DNA of 60,654 bases, the filler included, from Sphingomonadaceae bacterium (GTDB taxonomy: Bacteria; Chloroflexota; UBA6077), in NCBI GenBank assembly GCA_050261575.1. It is 4 parts of 4 records of this genome, joined end to end, with 100 filler letters (N's around TTAATTAATTAA, not from the genome) between each part and the next. Parts side by side here need not be neighbours in the genome. Positions count along the whole stretch, not along the records: positions 50,085 to 60,654 come from JBLNDL010000074.1; 3 more parts are not named here. One strand, 5' to 3'. This document shows, piece after piece, positions 57,331-60,654 of the stretch. The notes beneath the pieces are model-generated. The model was not told the DNA's origin. It saw nothing but the letters and a program-made list of their open reading frames with translations, and did no database searches. The translations under genes and the position numbers were made by a program. Every line of letters begins with the position of its first letter. Position 1 is the first letter of the stretch.

Positions 57331-58575
57331 TCAGTCAGCTCGCGGCAGGGTGAAGCTGAAGCTGGTTCCCTTGCCCACCTCGCTATCCGCCCAGATGCGC
57401 CCGCCCATCGCCTCCACCAGCAATCGGGTGACGTAGAGACCCGGCCCCTCTGCTTTGCGCGTCGCACCTGCCATTGGGTCCCGATGAAAGACGCGGTGAA
57501 GCTCCTCCGGCGGGATCTCCGGGCCGCGATCGATCACGGAGATCACCACCTCCCGATCGTGCGACTCCGCTGTCACGAGGATCTCGGTATCGGGGTGTGT
57601 GCGCCTGAGTGCGTTGGACAGCAGGCTGGAGATGGCCCTCTCCAGTCGATCGGGGTCGGCCCACACCTGGGGCAAGTCCTCGCGGACTTCCAGACGGACT
57701 CGGGACGTGTCCAGTCCACGCGTCCCCTTCTGCTTAAGGTCCGACAGGAAGGAGTCCAATCGAATCCGTGTGCGGCTCACCCTGAGCGGCCTGGACTCGG
57801 CGCGTACCATGTCCACCAGATCCTGGATCATGGCGTCCATTCGGCGGGCACAGGTGTAGATGGCATCCGCGCTCTGACTCAGGCGACCATCCTGGCCGGT
57901 CTGGCCCAGCATCCGGAGCAGGAACTGAGCCTGGCCTTGTACCGCAGTCAGGGGGCTGCGCAGATCGTGAGAGAACATCCGCACCAGTTCCTCGCGCTGC
58001 TGCTGCAGTTCGCGGAGGCTGTCGTGGAGCGCGGCGTCATCCAGCTTGAGGCTCAGGATCTCAGCGATGGCGAGGAGGGCATGCAGTTCGTTGCACTCGT
58101 AGTGCCGGGGTGAGCGGGTGGCGCAGACCATCACGCCCATTGGTCTACCTGCCACCCGCATGGGTGCCACCACCAGGCTGCGGAAGCCCAGGTCCCCCCA
58201 TCGACTGGTGGCGCGGCATTCTGGAGCCGCCTGTGCCAAGTCCTCGACCACCTGCGGTCGGTTCTCCCGAAGCGATCTGCCGACCGGACAGGGGGCATCG
58301 AAGGGAATGGTGCCCAGAGCGGAGATGGCCGACTCGGAAAGGCCCCTTTGGCAGGTGAGGTGAAGCATCTGCTCCTCGGCCTCGGCTCTCCATAGCGCCA
58401 CCGAGTCCGCCTCGAAGGCGGACTGAATGAGACGCAAAGCTGCCTCGGCGGCGTGATCCCACTCAGGTCTCCTGGTGGTCTCCCGGGCTATCCGGCCGAT
58501 CGCCGCTAGCAGCCGTTCTGCTCTGCCGGGCGGCTCGGGGCCGCGGCGTTCGTTGGAGCCGGTTGCTCTAGCCAT
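57331..58575 (-). CDS. Cytoplasmic GAF-domain sensor histidine kinase
   Basis: GAF; SHDLRSPL H-box; LLSNA; DRGP; MGGRIW.DS..GKGTSFSFTLP. Confidence 0.9.
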   Translation of the reverse strand: MARATGSNERRGPEPPGRAERLLAAIGRIARETTRRPEWDHAAEAALRLIQSAFEADSVALWRAEAEEQMLHLTCQRGLSESAISALGTIPFDAPCPVGRSLRENRPQVVEDLAQAAPECRATSRWGDLGFRSLVVAPMRVAGRPMGVMVCATRSPRHYECNELHALLAIAEILSLKLDDAALHDSLRELQQQREELVRMFSHDLRSPLTAVQGQAQFLLRMLGQTGQDGRLSQSADAIYTCARRMDAMIQDLVDMVRAESRPLRVSRTRIRLDSFLSDLKQKGTRGLDTSRVRLEVREDLPQVWADPDRLERAISSLLSNALRRTHPDTEILVTAESHDREVVISVIDRGPEIPPEELHRVFHRDPMAGATRKAEGPGLYVTRLLVEAMGGRIWADSEVGKGTSFSFTLPRAD

Positions 58576-58690
58576 GGTGGCTCCTCCATCTGGACCCGCT
58601 GCGGCCGCTGCCGCCCAGCACTTCGGACGGATGGGATCGGTGCTCGCGTAGGCACGGCCCGTGCCATCCCGACATCCTCATGGTGAGGGC

Positions 58691-60654
58691 CTACTCCTCG
58701 CGCGAGAGGACCGGCGGGATAGTTCCCGCGCCGCGGCGATCCTCTCGGTCGCCTTTGGGTGCGGAGAGGGGCGCCTCCTGGCGTGCCCTCTGCCGGAAGC
58801 GTGCTCCCAGCTTGCGCTGGAGATCGTCCATGACGGTGTAGCCTGCCGGCACAACCACCAGGGTGAGCAAGGTGGAGGTGAGCAGGCCGCCGATAACCAC
58901 CACTGCCATGGGGTTGCGGGTTTCCGCACCCTCCCCAATCTTGAGCGCGAGCGGGATCATGGCGAAGACCATCGCCGCTGTGGTCATGATGATGGGCCGA
59001 AGCCGAACCGGCCCAGCCTCCAGCAGGGCATCAGTTCTGGTGTAACCTCGCCGCCGAAGGGTGTTCGTGTAGTCCACCAGCAGAATCGCGTTCTTTGCCA
59101 CCAGGCCGGTCAGCATGATCAGCCCCACCAGCGAGAACATGTTCAAGGTGTTTCCTGTCACCCAGAGCGCACCGATGGCTCCAACGGAAGCCACCGGCAG
59201 GGATCCCATGATGACGAGCGGGTAGACCAGGGATTCGTAGAGGGCGACCATCAGCATGTAGATTAGCAGGATGGAGATGACCAATGCCTTGAGGATGGAG
59301 GAGAATGCCTCCTCTTGCAGTTCGGTATCCCCCGACATGACGATGCTGTAGCCCGCGGGCAGTGAGAGCGCGTTGGTGGCCTGGCGGAGCTCGGCTGTGA
59401 CCTCGCCCAAGGGTCGCCCCTCCAGGTTGGCTCCCAGCATGATCTGCCGCATCCTGTTCTCGCGTGCGATCTCGGACGGACCCTTCACTGGAACCAAGCG
59501 GGCGACCTGATTCAGCTTCACCTCGGTGCCCGAAGGGGTGGCGAGTGGGATGCTCGGGACCGCAGCGAGCTCGGTGCGGTCACCGGTGGAGGCGTACAGG
59601 ACGCGGACGTCCACCTTGTCCTCGTTCTCCCGCCGGAACTCGGTGGCCACCGTTCCCTCGAAGGCGGTGCGGAGCGCGGAGGCCACCTGGGCGGTGGTCA
59701 GCCCCAGATCGGATAGTCGCTGGTGGTCGATCTCCAGCCGCATCTCCGGCGCACCTTCAGCCGCACTGTTGGTGACGTCGATGAGGCCGGGGGTGCGGCG
59801 CATGATCTCCTCCACCTGTCCCGCCACCTGAGAGAGGACCTCCATGTCCGTGCCCCTGATTCGGATCAGGACGGGTTGGCCCATGTAGCCGACGACGCTG
59901 GGGTAGTTCAGGCGGACCCGCATGCCCGGGATGGCATTGCCCAGGGCTCGAACGTCCTCCGACAGCTCGAGGACGGTGCGGGAGCGTTGTTCAGCCGGTT
60001 TCAAGCGCACGTAGACCATGGCCGATCGGTGCTGGGGCAGGCCGTACTGGCCACCAACGCCGACGGTGGTCAGGAGCGACTCCACCTCGGGGATCTTCGC
60101 CAGCCCTTCCTCCAACTGGCGGAGCGCCTGATTGGTGCCTGCGAGGGATGTTCCGGGAGGCATCTCGGCCACCACGCTGAATTCCCCTTGATCCGACTGG
60201 GTCATGAACTCGGTGCCCACCAGGTTGAAGGCGACGAGGGCGATGCCGGCCAGAAAGGCGACGAGGCCGGTGAGCAGCACGAGCCAGCGGTGGCGCAGGG
60301 AATTGGCCAGCAGGCTCCTGTACCGGATGGTGAGGCGGTCATAACCCGCCTCCCATCGCCGCCACACTGGGGCGAGCGGCGAGCGCTCCTCGGCATTGGC
60401 CGTCAGCCAGCGAGAGGCCAGCATCGGCGTGAGGGTGAAGGAGACCAGCAGGGAGAAGAGGGTGGCCACCACGATGGTTCCCCCGAACTCCCGGAAGAAC
60501 TGCCCCACCATTCCAGTCAGGAAGGCTACCGGCGTGTACACGACCACGTCCACCAGGGTGATGGCCACCGCCGCCGCCCCGATCTCGGCACGCCCGTTCA
60601 GGGCCGCCGTCCAGGGGCTCTCCCCCTGCTTCATGTGACGGTAGATGTTCTCCA
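58691..60654 (-). CDS. RND (AcrB/SwrC-type) efflux transporter, 5'-truncated by the window edge
   Basis: TLTPMLAS, GLVAKNAILLVDY, RLRPIIMTT, VIGGLLTSTLLTL. Confidence 0.93.
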   Translation of the reverse strand, partial: ENIYRHMKQGESPWTAALNGRAEIGAAAVAITLVDVVVYTPVAFLTGMVGQFFREFGGTIVVATLFSLLVSFTLTPMLASRWLTANAEERSPLAPVWRRWEAGYDRLTIRYRSLLANSLRHRWLVLLTGLVAFLAGIALVAFNLVGTEFMTQSDQGEFSVVAEMPPGTSLAGTNQALRQLEEGLAKIPEVESLLTTVGVGGQYGLPQHRSAMVYVRLKPAEQRSRTVLELSEDVRALGNAIPGMRVRLNYPSVVGYMGQPVLIRIRGTDMEVLSQVAGQVEEIMRRTPGLIDVTNSAAEGAPEMRLEIDHQRLSDLGLTTAQVASALRTAFEGTVATEFRRENEDKVDVRVLYASTGDRTELAAVPSIPLATPSGTEVKLNQVARLVPVKGPSEIARENRMRQIMLGANLEGRPLGEVTAELRQATNALSLPAGYSIVMSGDTELQEEAFSSILKALVISILLIYMLMVALYESLVYPLVIMGSLPVASVGAIGALWVTGNTLNMFSLVGLIMLTGLVAKNAILLVDYTNTLRRRGYTRTDALLEAGPVRLRPIIMTTAAMVFAMIPLALKIGEGAETRNPMAVVVIGGLLTSTLLTLVVVPAGYTVMDDLQRKLGARFRQRARQEAPLSAPKGDREDRRGAGTIPPVLSREE

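Overview
GC-rich bacterial sequence, most likely Chloroflexota (inferred from FPETG-motif secreted proteins, repeat styles and gene content). It is four contigs joined by artificial N44-TTAATTAATTAA-N44 spacers (16948-17047, 33117-33216, 49985-50084), so adjacency across spacers is meaningless. Contig 1 has tandem HD-GYP phosphodiesterases, a UGA-selenocysteine SelD missed by the ORF track, GT-C glycosyltransferases, an MFS transporter, pepF, murB, nudC, tRNA-Asp and an IS end. Contig 2 has an amidase and a complete nuoA-N operon with a Rex-like box over its -10 and an IS end upstream. Contig 3 has a small Zn-ribbon gene with a structured leader, a secreted protein, an RraA-family gene and the main candidate system: response regulator - pbpC - ECF sigma - a 2040-aa alpha-2-macroglobulin whose N-terminus looks like a transmembrane anti-sigma domain, plus a shared GTTAC-N16-CGT promoter motif. 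It also has NYN, MoaD and Rieske genes and three copies of a 74-bp inverted-repeat element. Contig 4 has the 23S end, 5S (apparently with its own promoter), tRNA-fMet, tRNA-Glu, a decayed prophage with an intact hicBA-like pair, a Ski2/HelY helicase, an MshC-like CysRS paralog, a GAF histidine kinase and a partial RND transporter. All family calls come from motif recognition by eye, not database searches.
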